Below are positions 8,748 to 18,424 of a stretch of 64,000 nucleotides of DNA, in pieces. A program made the position numbers and the translations under genes. Each line of letters opens with the position of its first letter. Position 1 is the first letter of the stretch. Source of the stretch: a virus; the IMG/VR virus record IMGVR_UViG_3300026493_000016, positions 1 to 64,000 of that record; one strand, written 5' to 3'. The notes under the pieces are model-generated. The model saw only the letters and a list, made by a program, of their open reading frames with translations, searched no databases and was not told the origin of the DNA.

Positions 8748-8938
8748 TGCAAAAGAGACCTTGGCAAATTGATATTATTGCGAACGACGATGTAACGCAG
8801 TACAAGTCCGTTAAAAAGTCTCGTGCCATGGGACTTAGTGAAATTAAACAAGAAGACTACAACGTGCTAGCTAAAGCGCGATGTGCAATATTTAACAATG
8901 TCATTATGGGAGTACCATACGATAGGAAGGAAGATTAG
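8747..8938 (+). CDS. 63-aa mini-protein duplicating TerL adenine-binding and Walker A motifs
   Basis: RPWQIDII...KSRAMGLSE versus TerL RPWQVDII...KSRQLGLSE; GAGGAG RBS, TAATG coupling to upstream gene. Confidence 0.7.
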   Translation: MQKRPWQIDIIANDDVTQYKSVKKSRAMGLSEIKQEDYNVLAKARCAIFNNVIMGVPYDRKED

Positions 8939-8940
8939 TA

Positions 8941-9485
8941 ATGTCAAACATCACAGGAGAACTAATACAACGAATAGCTAAACAAACTTTCGGAAGGACA
9001 GACCTGACAAAAGAAGAACTAACATATATACTAACAATGGTGAACTGTTCTTCTTATTTATTGAAGAATCATAGTGTTAAATCACACCCAATTACATTCC
9101 ATGTATCAGGTAAAGATGCGGCAAGGAGACAGGCTCACCGTCCTTGGCAGGTAGATATAATCAACGATACTCACCCTGATAAAGCTGTAATAAAATCTCG
9201 TCAGTTAGGTCTGTCAGAGGTTGGTGTAGGTGAGATGATGCACTTCGCGGACATTCACAGTTACGCAGGTGTTAAATGTCTATATACGTTCCCAACGAAC
9301 AGACAGATGAAAGACTTTGTATCTACACGTATAAATCCGTTACTAGCTTCCGGATACTACGGTTCTATCACGGACCCTTATGTAGATTCGCTAGATAAGA
9401 AGAAAATTAGAAATAGCTTCTTAATCTTCCGTTCTAGTTCCAAAGCAGCAGCGGTAGAGGGTATCGATATTGACTACCTATCCAT
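8941..9485 (+). CDS. terL: Terminase large subunit, exon 1
   Basis: RPWQ motif, Walker A KSRQLGLSE; ends ...DYLS-AT at the 5' splice site. Confidence 0.92.
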
Positions 9486-10580
9486 AAACTTACTTGTGGC
9501 TTGATGGGGCGACCCATCTCGAAAACTCCGTTAAACGGGGAAAAGCTAAGTCCGAGAGGATATGCCAATCCCGTACCAAAGAAGCCTAACGGCAGAAAAG
9601 GTCTAACGACTAAATTTCTAGGTAACTATCAAAATGGTGATAGTGAGAACTAGATAAGAAAACCTTGTATTTTAAGATAGTTGATGGTATTCTGTAGGAA
9701 AGGAGATGTTTGAAATGGCTAGACCTACAGACGAGTATTTAAATAGTAAAAGAAATAAATTCGCAGAAGACTTCATTAGGCAAGTCGAAGAGTTAGAAGG
9801 AACTAGGTACTCAGTCATTGGTGAGTATACTAAAGCTAAAACTAAAATAATGATGAGGCACAACGAGTGTGGTTTCGAATGGGGAGTTACACCGGACAAT
9901 TTCTTAAGAAGAAGTTCTAGATGTCCTGACTGTAGCGGTAACGCTAGATTAACGACAGAACAATTCAAAGAAAAGATGAAAAGAGAAATAGGTGAGGAAC
10001 ATAAGTTTCATGGTAGATTCTATAGCATGAGAAAGAAGATATTATGTGAACACATACCTTGCGGGAATAAATGGTATGTCATACCTTACTCTTTACAGGC
10101 AGGGGTTACTTGTCCAACGTGTAATGAATCTAACGGCGAGATGAAAGTTAGAAAAATACTAGAGGCTAACTTATTATCTTTTGAACCACAGAAATCATTC
10201 CATAAATGCCGAACAACTAAATCCCTAAACTTCGATTTCTACGTACCGTCTTTAAACTTATGTATTGAGTTTGATGGAATACAGCATTTCGAACCAGTAG
10301 ACTTCGCGTCTAAAGGTACTGCATGGGCGAAAGAACAGTTCAACGGTGTAGTTACAAGAGATTCTATTAAAAATGAATTCTGCGAATCTGAAGGAATTAA
10401 CTTATTAAGAGTTAACTATAAAATGAATGATGAAGAAATAAGAGAAGCCATCAATTCTACTATTTCTAAAATACAAGGAAGTAAAGCGGAGAGTCTCTAA
10501 CCTAAGCTAGAGATTATGATATAGTCTATCCCGTCTCCCTAGAGGAGAGTTAAAGTACTAGGAAACTAGCGGTGTAAGAG
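9486..10580 (+). mobile_element. Group I self-splicing intron in terL
   Basis: Removal restores Walker B DYLSM-DEYDR in frame (599-aa TerL); exon ends in U with P1 CCAU/GUGG; terminal G; P7 elements AACGACTA (~9605) and ATATAGTC (~10519). Confidence 0.9.
9706..10500 (+). CDS. Intron-encoded homing endonuclease (zinc-ribbon repeats + Vsr-like/DUF559-type nuclease)
   Basis: Two HxxCG.xW...CPxC repeats then FDFYVPSLNLCIEFDGIQHF...RDSIKNEFC...INLLRVNY. Confidence 0.85.
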   Translation: MFEMARPTDEYLNSKRNKFAEDFIRQVEELEGTRYSVIGEYTKAKTKIMMRHNECGFEWGVTPDNFLRRSSRCPDCSGNARLTTEQFKEKMKREIGEEHKFHGRFYSMRKKILCEHIPCGNKWYVIPYSLQAGVTCPTCNESNGEMKVRKILEANLLSFEPQKSFHKCRTTKSLNFDFYVPSLNLCIEFDGIQHFEPVDFASKGTAWAKEQFNGVVTRDSIKNEFCESEGINLLRVNYKMNDEEIREAINSTISKIQGSKAESL

Positions 10581-11835
10581 GGATGAGTATGACCGTGTAC
10601 CAGCTTCAGCTGAGCAGTCTGCTATCGAGTCGATGGCATCATCTCAGTTCAAGATTATGCGTAGATGGTCAACACCAACTGTTCCGAACTACGGTATCCA
10701 TAAATTGTTTGAAGAGTCAGACCAGCGTATTTATATGCACAAATGTGATGCGTGTAATTACACACAAGAAATAGACTACGATTTAAACGTAGAGTGTTTA
10801 GACCAGTCAGGCGTCGATACACTTGCAAAGACAGTTAGAGATGGTACGTATCGTTTTATCTGTCAGAAGTGTAAGGCTCCATTAGACAGATGGTATAATG
10901 GTCTATGGGTACCACGTTATGCAGACCGTTCATTAAACAACCAAGGTAAACGAGGATATCTAATCTCTCAATTAAATGCAGTATGGTTATCCGCCGATGA
11001 TATTAAACGTAAAGAAATAAACTCAGAGTCAAAGCAGCATTTCTACAACTACGTTTTAGGGTTCCCTTACCAAGATGTAGCGTTAGCAGTTCAGCCGGAC
11101 GATATACTAGGGCATAAGCGCGAGTACCTACCTAAGCCGCTTCACAATCGTGGAGACTACCGATTCATCTCTGTAGGTATTGACTGGGGTAACCGTCACT
11201 GGGTTACTGTACGGGGATTTAAAGATGACGGACGTATTGATTTAATCCGTATGTTCTCTATCGAGCGTGCTCGTGGCGTTGCTAATATCGAGGCAGACTT
11301 ATGGCAAGTCATCAACGAGATTGCACCATACCAGCCAGATATTATTTGTGCGGATATCGGTGACTCTGGTAACTATGTAGACAAATTAATCCAACATTTC
11401 GGAGAAGGTATTGCTTACGGTGTTAAAGTTAACCCTAACCCTCGTTCAACAGGACAAATTGTTCCGGTATGGTCAGAGAACAGAAATATGGTTACAGTGG
11501 ATAAGTTAACGCAGAATAAAAAGCATATTGCAGATATGAAGATGGGACGACTAGGATTCTATCAAGAAGAGGACCAGTTGTTAAAGTTGTATCTGGAACA
11601 TTGGCAAAACGTAGTTATCCGAGATGAACAAGATGAGAAAACAAAAGAAATGTATCAGGTAATCATGGATAAAGGTCCGGACCATTTCGCTCAATCGTCT
11701 GTATACTCAATGGTAGGAATGGAGCATGTGCTAGAACCTTATATTAAGAAGACATTCGAAAACGCGTTCGACTACACAGCATTAGACGTGATGGGTTCAT
11801 CGGCTAAACCTGACATATTTGAGAAAGGTTGGTAA
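10581..11835 (+). CDS. terL: Terminase large subunit, exon 2
   Basis: DEYDR Walker B, STPT coupling motif, Zn motif, nuclease VGIDWG and DHFAQ. Confidence 0.92.
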
Positions 11836-11906
11836 GTTCCGCTATATTAGTAAAGTCAGCAGGATACATGTAGTCTTTACTAATATAGATAAGGAGGTTA
11901 TATTCT

Positions 11907-13103
11907 ATGAATAAGCATGTGCGTAACGAAGTTTATTCAAACTTGTACTCTGAAGCAGAATCTACACAAAGCGGAGAATCAGGAAATTATTACACGAGAC
12001 CTGAGACAGATGAATTAGTAAGAAAAGCAGTAGCACCTAAGGTAGATAAAGCGTACGTAACAGATGCTATAAAAGATTTACCAACAAAAACGTTTGTTGA
12101 ACATGAGTTAGGTAAAAAAGCAGATAAAACTTATGTAGACGAAACTTTCGCCACAAAGAAAGAACTATATGATTGGGGACACCCTGAAGTCCCTCAAGGA
12201 GAGTCTTCTGAGGCGAATGTTAACACGCTAGATACTATAAAGAATGTCGGAAGGTATTCTCTAGCGTTTGATTATAAAGGAAACCCGCTACCTTCAGACG
12301 ACTATGCTTTCTTGCTTGTAACTAGAAAGGTTGACAACGGTGATATCCGTCAAGAGTACTCGCACATCAATGTGAACTTTGAAGCAGATACCTCTACCGT
12401 AATGTTTGCTTACCGTATGTATGACACTACAAAGCAAGAGTGGAGCGGTTGGGCGGTCATTGATTCTGTTTCTGGAGGAGACATTACAGAGACTCTTAAG
12501 AATTACTATACTAAGAAGCAAGCAGATGAAACTTTCTCAACTGTTCTCGCTCATGATGCTTTGGCTACAGCTATCACTGATATTTATAACCAAAAAGTAG
12601 GGTATGAGGAAATATACACTAGAGAGGAGTCTGACGCTAGATTCGCTCTTAAAGGTGAAATCGTGGAACCTGTACCAGCTAAGAGACTACAGTTAAATAT
12701 CGGGGACCGATTTAATAACGCATACGGAACTAGTAACTCTTATGCTACTCACGAAAACAACGAGGTATCTATTCATGTAGATGTAGCTAACGAGATAGCA
12801 GGAAGTGTGTTAGACGCTCAAGGCGAACATATAGAAACCATACTACAATCTATACTACTGTGTAGTTTAGAAAAAACATTTATGGATGAGTTAACTAGTA
12901 AAGGTAAGACACTCCAAGTCAAGAAAGTTTACATCCCGCATATGCTAGAATACCCTCAGGGTGATAACGCAGGGTACGCTTTTATGGGGATAACTACTGT
13001 AGAGGTAGACCAGAATGGACAAATATCTACAAAATCGCCTCTAGATATAAATAAAGTCCTATACTTCAGATTTGATATTGTTGCAGAAATTATAGATAAG
13101 TAA
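11907..13103 (+). CDS. Fibre-like virion protein with YT(K/R)xE(S/T)D repeats
   Basis: Repeats YTRPETDE, KADKTYVD, YTKKQADE, YTREESDARFALKGE typical of phage fibre shafts; late promoter upstream. Confidence 0.6.
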   Translation: MNKHVRNEVYSNLYSEAESTQSGESGNYYTRPETDELVRKAVAPKVDKAYVTDAIKDLPTKTFVEHELGKKADKTYVDETFATKKELYDWGHPEVPQGESSEANVNTLDTIKNVGRYSLAFDYKGNPLPSDDYAFLLVTRKVDNGDIRQEYSHINVNFEADTSTVMFAYRMYDTTKQEWSGWAVIDSVSGGDITETLKNYYTKKQADETFSTVLAHDALATAITDIYNQKVGYEEIYTREESDARFALKGEIVEPVPAKRLQLNIGDRFNNAYGTSNSYATHENNEVSIHVDVANEIAGSVLDAQGEHIETILQSILLCSLEKTFMDELTSKGKTLQVKKVYIPHMLEYPQGDNAGYAFMGITTVEVDQNGQISTKSPLDINKVLYFRFDIVAEIIDK

Positions 13104-13117
13104 GGAGATGTATCCAT

Positions 13118-14236
13118 ATGCCTAAAACTAATGGAACGGCTGATTTATCTAAGTACTTGTTAAAGAGTGTCGCTAAAGAATTGTATTACAACAAACAAGA
13201 ATCTGATGGTAAGTATGCTCTTAAAGGTGAAGTAGGTGAAACTGCATCATACGAATATCAAGACTTGAAAGATGAAGAGGGTAACTTCGTTTTAGAAAAT
13301 GGCACATGGGCTATTGATAAAATCAAAAAGTCTGGATACTATTATGGCGGAGTATATGATGATGGTGACAATGGTCTTTGGTCTTACTACTACGTCGCGC
13401 ACTTCCATCCTACAGACCCCTTAAAAGATATTATCATAACTTATAATGTATACTATAGTAGTGATATCAATAAATGGTCTAACAGACATCACGCTATTGA
13501 GATAAGTCGTAGAGTAGGGGCTTCACAGAAGTTCACGGTAACAAGTTATGTACCTTCAAAGGGAAACATAGAAGCTGTTAAATTTAACATTGAGAATATG
13601 TACAAGGCATATGTTAAAGCTTATTCATACTCAAAAGAAGAATCTGACGGCAAGTATGCTCTTAAAGGTGAAGGGGGTGGAACGCTAGACCCTGCGAATT
13701 ACTACGACAAGAACTGGATTGACTCCGAACATGCAAAATTCCGGAATACTTTAATGAATCATACAGATGAACTTGGTAAGACGATGACTAGAGAGTTCTT
13801 TGACTCAGAAATTGTCAAGTACCTTAGTATACATGACTTCAACATAAAGTATAAAGAACTGGAAGGGAAGATTCCATCAACACTAACAGAAAATGTTTAT
13901 AGTGCTACGCATCCCGAAAGTGTACATGTAGATGGAGTTAATCATAAGAAAGTAACGGTTATCGGAAAGAATGTGTTTCCTGACCTTAAATGTTTCAATC
14001 TAGGGACTGCGGCAATAAACAAAAATGTCTCACTGTTCAGTTTGCCAGCGGCAGCTAGACCTAATACAGTTAGGTATGTTAACGGTACATTGGGTAACTT
14101 TTCGTCAGGAGCATTCTCGAGTGTGGTCGTTAAAATAGATACTAGTGGAGCGGTAATGCTTATGTCAGGTAAAGATTTTCAAGTAGGGGATTTCCTTATC
14201 GTAACTGAAAGGTATTCTCTTGACTATATAAACTAG
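13118..14236 (+). CDS. Fibre-like protein with receptor-binding-type C-terminal domain
   Basis: Two Y.K.ESDGKYALKGE repeats; C-terminal LFSLPAAARP motif typical of fibre head domains. Confidence 0.6.
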   Translation: MPKTNGTADLSKYLLKSVAKELYYNKQESDGKYALKGEVGETASYEYQDLKDEEGNFVLENGTWAIDKIKKSGYYYGGVYDDGDNGLWSYYYVAHFHPTDPLKDIIITYNVYYSSDINKWSNRHHAIEISRRVGASQKFTVTSYVPSKGNIEAVKFNIENMYKAYVKAYSYSKEESDGKYALKGEGGGTLDPANYYDKNWIDSEHAKFRNTLMNHTDELGKTMTREFFDSEIVKYLSIHDFNIKYKELEGKIPSTLTENVYSATHPESVHVDGVNHKKVTVIGKNVFPDLKCFNLGTAAINKNVSLFSLPAAARPNTVRYVNGTLGNFSSGAFSSVVVKIDTSGAVMLMSGKDFQVGDFLIVTERYSLDYIN

Positions 14237-14252
14237 AAAGGATGATTTATTA

Positions 14253-15086
14253 ATGAATATTAACACACAGTATTTAGTTACTGATAAAGCGCGATTAGAA
14301 GTTATCGGACCTAACTGGATGAACCCTACGGAGATTACGTTCCACAACACGTATAACGACGCTTCAGCTTCAGCAGAAGTACGTAACGTACGAAACAACT
14401 CTACAGGAACATCCTTTCACACAGCTGTAGATGATTTTGAAGTTCAACAAGTAGTACCGTTTGACCGTAACGCATGGCATGCGGGCGATGGTGGCTCCGG
14501 TAGAGGTAACCGTCATTCTATTGGTGTTGAGATTTGCTACTCTAAGAGTGGCGGAGAACGTTATCGTAAAGCTGAGTTAAACGCAATTGACCACATCTCA
14601 GATTTAATGGTACGTTTTGATATCCCAATCTCTAAAGTTAAGACTCACCAAGAACGTAATGGTAAATATTGCCCACACCGCATGTTAGATGAAGGTCGTG
14701 TACAATGGTTTAAAAACCAATGTGAAGCTATGGCTAACTCTAAACGTAACGGTGGAGGATATGTACCACCAGTAACAGAGCCATCTAAACCAGATACTAA
14801 ACCCCCAACTAGTAGCGGTGGAGGAGCTTACGATTCTAGCTGGTTCACTAAAGAATCCGGTACATTCAAAACGAACACTGCGATTAAATTACGTACAGCG
14901 CCATTCACTGGTGCAAGTGTAATCGCTACATTACCAGCTGGTTCTACAGTTAACTACAATGGTTACGGTATCGAGGCAGAAGGCTATGTATGGATTCGTC
15001 AACCACGTTCTAATGGATACGGATACTTAGCTACAGGTGAATCTAGTGGTGGACGACGTCAAAACTATTGGGGTAAGTTCTATTAA
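14253..15086 (+). CDS. Endolysin, N-acetylmuramoyl-L-alanine amidase (Amidase_2) + SH3 cell-wall binding domain
   Basis: ITFHNTYNDASA..E, AWHAGDG, SIGVEIC, KYCPHRML; Pro/Gly linker; SH3_5-like GYVWIRQPR. Confidence 0.95.
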   Translation: MNINTQYLVTDKARLEVIGPNWMNPTEITFHNTYNDASASAEVRNVRNNSTGTSFHTAVDDFEVQQVVPFDRNAWHAGDGGSGRGNRHSIGVEICYSKSGGERYRKAELNAIDHISDLMVRFDIPISKVKTHQERNGKYCPHRMLDEGRVQWFKNQCEAMANSKRNGGGYVPPVTEPSKPDTKPPTSSGGGAYDSSWFTKESGTFKTNTAIKLRTAPFTGASVIATLPAGSTVNYNGYGIEAEGYVWIRQPRSNGYGYLATGESSGGRRQNYWGKFY

Positions 15087-15092
15087 TAGATT

Positions 15093-15122
15093 AAAAGAAT
15101 CCTTCGGGGTTCTTTTTTTTTT
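15093..15122 (+). terminator. Rho-independent terminator
   Basis: AAGAATCC-TTCG-GGGTTCTT followed by a T run. Confidence 0.9.
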
Positions 15123-15133
15123 GTAAATAAGTG

Positions 15134-15162
15134 TTGCAATTTAAAAATATGTATGTTACTAT
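15134..15162 (+). promoter_or_regulatory. Sigma-A promoter
   Basis: TTGCAA-17 nt-TACTAT with TG. Confidence 0.75.
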
Positions 15163-15203
15163 AAGTTTGTAGCAAGGAACACAAACAAAAGGAGGAGAAA
15201 CAA

Positions 15204-16040
15204 ATGATTAAAGTAAACGATGAGTTAGTAGTAGTTACAGAGTTTCCTAATAAAGAAATTCTATTAAACGGTGGAGCAATTCAAGCGGCAGCGAGTCGTA
15301 CGGATATCCCAGTTATCGAATTTAAGTACGAGGACAACAGCGACTTAATTAAATTGATGTTCGTTAAACGTCATCTTGATAACCACGGTATCAATGATAA
15401 AATGATTTTGAAAGTGCGATACATGCCTTACTCACGGATGGATAGAGAAGAAGGAAACTCAGTATTCACACTTAAATATGTAGGTGAGTTTATTAACAGT
15501 CTGAACTTCCATAAGGTAATGATTATCGAGCCTCACTCAAACGTAACGCCAGCAGTTGTTAACAAAACATTGTCGGTCTTCCCTACTAAAGTTCATTTCA
15601 TGGAACAGACGTTGAAGATTATTAACTTTAACAAAGACGAAGATTACTTGTTGTTTCCAGATGCTGGTAGCCAATCGCGTTATAAAGATTTAAAGGGGTT
15701 TAAAACTCTGGTTGGTCATAAAGAACGAGATTTCCAAACTGGTAATATTACAAAGTTCGCAGTTTTAGGTGACATGGAGAAAGGTAAGAAAGTGTTAATC
15801 GTAGATGACCTAATCTCTAAAGGTGGAACGTTCGTCGGGTACTTCAATGGAAAGTATTCTGGAGCAGCAGTTACAGCTAAAGAGATGGGAGCTCAATCTG
15901 TATACCTATTGACCACGCATTGTGAGAAGACAATATTTGACGGCGAAATTCTTAAGACGGATTACATTGACGAAGTTTTCACATCAGACTCAATGCTAGA
16001 TGAAACAGATGTACATCCTAAATTAACAATTTTAAAATAG
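15204..16040 (+). CDS. prs: Ribose-phosphate pyrophosphokinase-like protein (Adps of NARP1)
   Basis: FPNKE, YMPYSRMDR, EPHS, FPDAGS, VLIVDDLISKGGTF PRTase loop. Confidence 0.9.
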   Translation: MIKVNDELVVVTEFPNKEILLNGGAIQAAASRTDIPVIEFKYEDNSDLIKLMFVKRHLDNHGINDKMILKVRYMPYSRMDREEGNSVFTLKYVGEFINSLNFHKVMIIEPHSNVTPAVVNKTLSVFPTKVHFMEQTLKIINFNKDEDYLLFPDAGSQSRYKDLKGFKTLVGHKERDFQTGNITKFAVLGDMEKGKKVLIVDDLISKGGTFVGYFNGKYSGAAVTAKEMGAQSVYLLTTHCEKTIFDGEILKTDYIDEVFTSDSMLDETDVHPKLTILK

Positions 16041-16043
16041 TAG

Positions 16044-16072
16044 TTGACTATATTGATAGAAAATGATAGTAT
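16044..16072 (+). promoter_or_regulatory. Sigma-A promoter
   Basis: TTGACT-17 nt-TAGTAT with TG. Confidence 0.7.
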
Positions 16073-16113
16073 AAAAGAGTAGAAAAATAAAAAAATGAAA
16101 AGAGGAATTTATT

Positions 16114-17595
16114 ATGACAGCAACTAAAAACCCTATGTTAAGAACTGATTTCTACAAAACAGGACATGCACCACAGTATCCAGAAGGAACAGAATTTATT
16201 TATTCAGTTTGGGTTCCGCGTTCTAATAAATATATGCCTTATACAAAAGGTGTAGTAGCTTGGGGAATTCAAGGGATGATTAAAGAAGATTTAATTGAAG
16301 CTTTCGAACAACACTTCTTCGGATTGCCAGAACATGTAGCAGTACGACAATATACACGAATCTTAGAGTTTTGCTTAGGGGCAGATAAAGCAAATGGAAA
16401 ACTAGTAGCAGAGCTCCATCAACTAGGTTATCTACCAGTTCGTATTAAAGCAGTTAAAGAAGGTACTGTAGTTCCATTGCGTACACCTATGATGACAATC
16501 GAAAATACGCATAAACGATTCTTCTGGGTTACTAACTTCTTAGAAACTATTATCTCTAACCAGCTATGGCAAGCGATGACGTCTGCAACTATTGCTTACA
16601 ACTACCGTAAAATTATGGATGCATTCGCTAAACAAACAATGGATGACCCAGAGCAAGTTAAATGGTTATTACATGACTTCTCAATGCGTGGAATGGGTTC
16701 ATTACAAACTACAGAGAAATCAGGTTCTGGTCATTTACTATCATTCGTAGGTACTGACAGCATTCCAGCTATCGTATATTTAGAAGAATACTATGGTGCT
16801 AACGTTGAGAAAGAGCTAGTAGCTGGTTCTGTAAGTGCAACCGAACACAGCGTAATGTGTGCATCAGCAGATATTAATTTAGATGAAGAAGAAACATTCC
16901 GTCGTTTATTGACAGAAGTATATCCAACTGGTATCGTTAGTATTGTATCAGATTCATTCGACTTCTGGGATAACGTATCGCGTGTACTTCCTAATCTTAA
17001 AGATGTGATTGAAGGTCGTGATGGAAAACTAGTGATTCGACCAGACTCTGGTGTTCCGGAAGATATTTTATGCGGCGATGCTGGTGCGGATAACAAGTGG
17101 GCTCGTATGGGACTAGTAGCATCATTGGCTGAAATCTTCGGATACACAGTTAATAGCAAAGGTTACAAAGTATTACCACCATGTATTGGAGCTATTTATG
17201 GAGACTCAATCACTTACGAACGTATGCAAGAAATCTATAACCGTTTAGAATCTATGGGATTCTCTATTGAAAATGTTGTATTAGGTGTAGGTTCTTACAC
17301 TTACGCTTACAACACTCGTGATTCTTTAGGATTCGCGATGAAAGCTACTTGGGCTCAAGTTAACGGAGAAGAAAAATTAATCCAAAAGAATCCTAAAACA
17401 GATGATGGTACTAAGAAATCTAACAAAGGACGTGTTGCAGTAGTTATGCGCGACGGAGAAATTCACACAATTGATAACTTAAGTATTCACGACAAAGAAG
17501 TAGAAGGAGACTTACTAGAAACAGTATTTGAAGATGGTAAGTTAGTTCGTGAACAAACATTAAGTGAAGTACGAGAAATCTTAGAACAATTTTAA
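16114..17595 (+). CDS. nadV: Nicotinamide phosphoribosyltransferase-like protein (Namat of NARP1)
   Basis: TDFYKTGH, LHDFSMRG, GTD, ATEHSVM, VSDS, VIRPDSG, IYGDSIT, TRDSLGFAMKAT. Confidence 0.92.
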   Translation: MTATKNPMLRTDFYKTGHAPQYPEGTEFIYSVWVPRSNKYMPYTKGVVAWGIQGMIKEDLIEAFEQHFFGLPEHVAVRQYTRILEFCLGADKANGKLVAELHQLGYLPVRIKAVKEGTVVPLRTPMMTIENTHKRFFWVTNFLETIISNQLWQAMTSATIAYNYRKIMDAFAKQTMDDPEQVKWLLHDFSMRGMGSLQTTEKSGSGHLLSFVGTDSIPAIVYLEEYYGANVEKELVAGSVSATEHSVMCASADINLDEEETFRRLLTEVYPTGIVSIVSDSFDFWDNVSRVLPNLKDVIEGRDGKLVIRPDSGVPEDILCGDAGADNKWARMGLVASLAEIFGYTVNSKGYKVLPPCIGAIYGDSITYERMQEIYNRLESMGFSIENVVLGVGSYTYAYNTRDSLGFAMKATWAQVNGEEKLIQKNPKTDDGTKKSNKGRVAVVMRDGEIHTIDNLSIHDKEVEGDLLETVFEDGKLVREQTLSEVREILEQF

Positions 17596-17598
17596 TTT

Positions 17599-17623
17599 AG
17601 AACCCTTCGGGGTTCTTTACTTT
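17599..17623 (+). terminator. Rho-independent terminator
   Basis: AGAACCC-TTCG-GGGTTCT followed by TTACTTT. Confidence 0.75.
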
Positions 17624-17636
17624 AGGAGGAGAAACA

Positions 17637-18047
17637 ATGGATACTTATATGAATGAAAGTAACGCAGCATACAGGTTAGTAAAAGAATGGGAGCAATATG
17701 GACGGATAGTAGTAGCTTACGATTTTGATAATACAGTATACGACTACCATAAAGAGGGACATGATTACAGTGAAGTTATAGAACTGATTCATGAGTTACA
17801 CGAGGCTGGTGCTTACCTTATGGTGTATACGGCACGACCTAACACAGAACTGTATAAGGTTAGCAACTACCTAAAAGAAAATATGATTCCGTTCGACTCA
17901 ATTAACAAGATGCCCGATTTCTTACCATTTACCGAAAATAAGAAACTATATTATAATATTTTACTAGATGATAGAGCTGGTTTGAAAAGCGCAGTAAATA
18001 TTTTAAGAACAGTATTGACTGTTAGGGAATTACGTGGTAACATGTAG
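17637..18047 (+). CDS. HAD-superfamily hydrolase (cap-less)
   Basis: VAYDFDNTV (motif I), YTAR (II), LLDDRAG (IV). Confidence 0.75.
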   Translation: MDTYMNESNAAYRLVKEWEQYGRIVVAYDFDNTVYDYHKEGHDYSEVIELIHELHEAGAYLMVYTARPNTELYKVSNYLKENMIPFDSINKMPDFLPFTENKKLYYNILLDDRAGLKSAVNILRTVLTVRELRGNM

Positions 18048-18067
18048 TTAATGAGGAGGAGATATAC

Positions 18068-18394
18068 ATGTTATTCAAATTTATAGTAGAAAGTTCAAAT
18101 GGAAAGAGTTACGAGTTTACTAAAGCAGCAGATACAATGCAAGAAGCTGAAGGTAACATTGACCAAGAGGCACACACTCGAGGTATTATTGGAGAATTAA
18201 CCGTAGTAGAAAGGTATAACTACGAACTTGGAGGTAAATGGACAAGCCTAGAAGGAGTACCTTATGAAGACTATGACATTGTTGAACAAGCATTAACAGA
18301 AACTGTGGAACAAAAGTATGCAGAGTACATCGAACCAGAACCAGAACTGGAACCTTTAAAAGAGGAAGAAGATGGGCAGTACTCATTATTTTAA
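18068..18394 (+). CDS. Acidic hypothetical protein ending in QYSLF
   Basis: 108 aa, strong RBS. Confidence 0.75.
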   Translation: MLFKFIVESSNGKSYEFTKAADTMQEAEGNIDQEAHTRGIIGELTVVERYNYELGGKWTSLEGVPYEDYDIVEQALTETVEQKYAEYIEPEPELEPLKEEEDGQYSLF

Positions 18395-18424
18395 ACTATG
18401 ATATAATTGAATAGAGGTGATAAA

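Noticed and set aside
8941-11835. terL pseudogene, or intein-split gene
   Set aside because: The frame is restored exactly by removing a group I intron with recognisable P1/P7 and terminal G; an in-frame stop rules out an intein.
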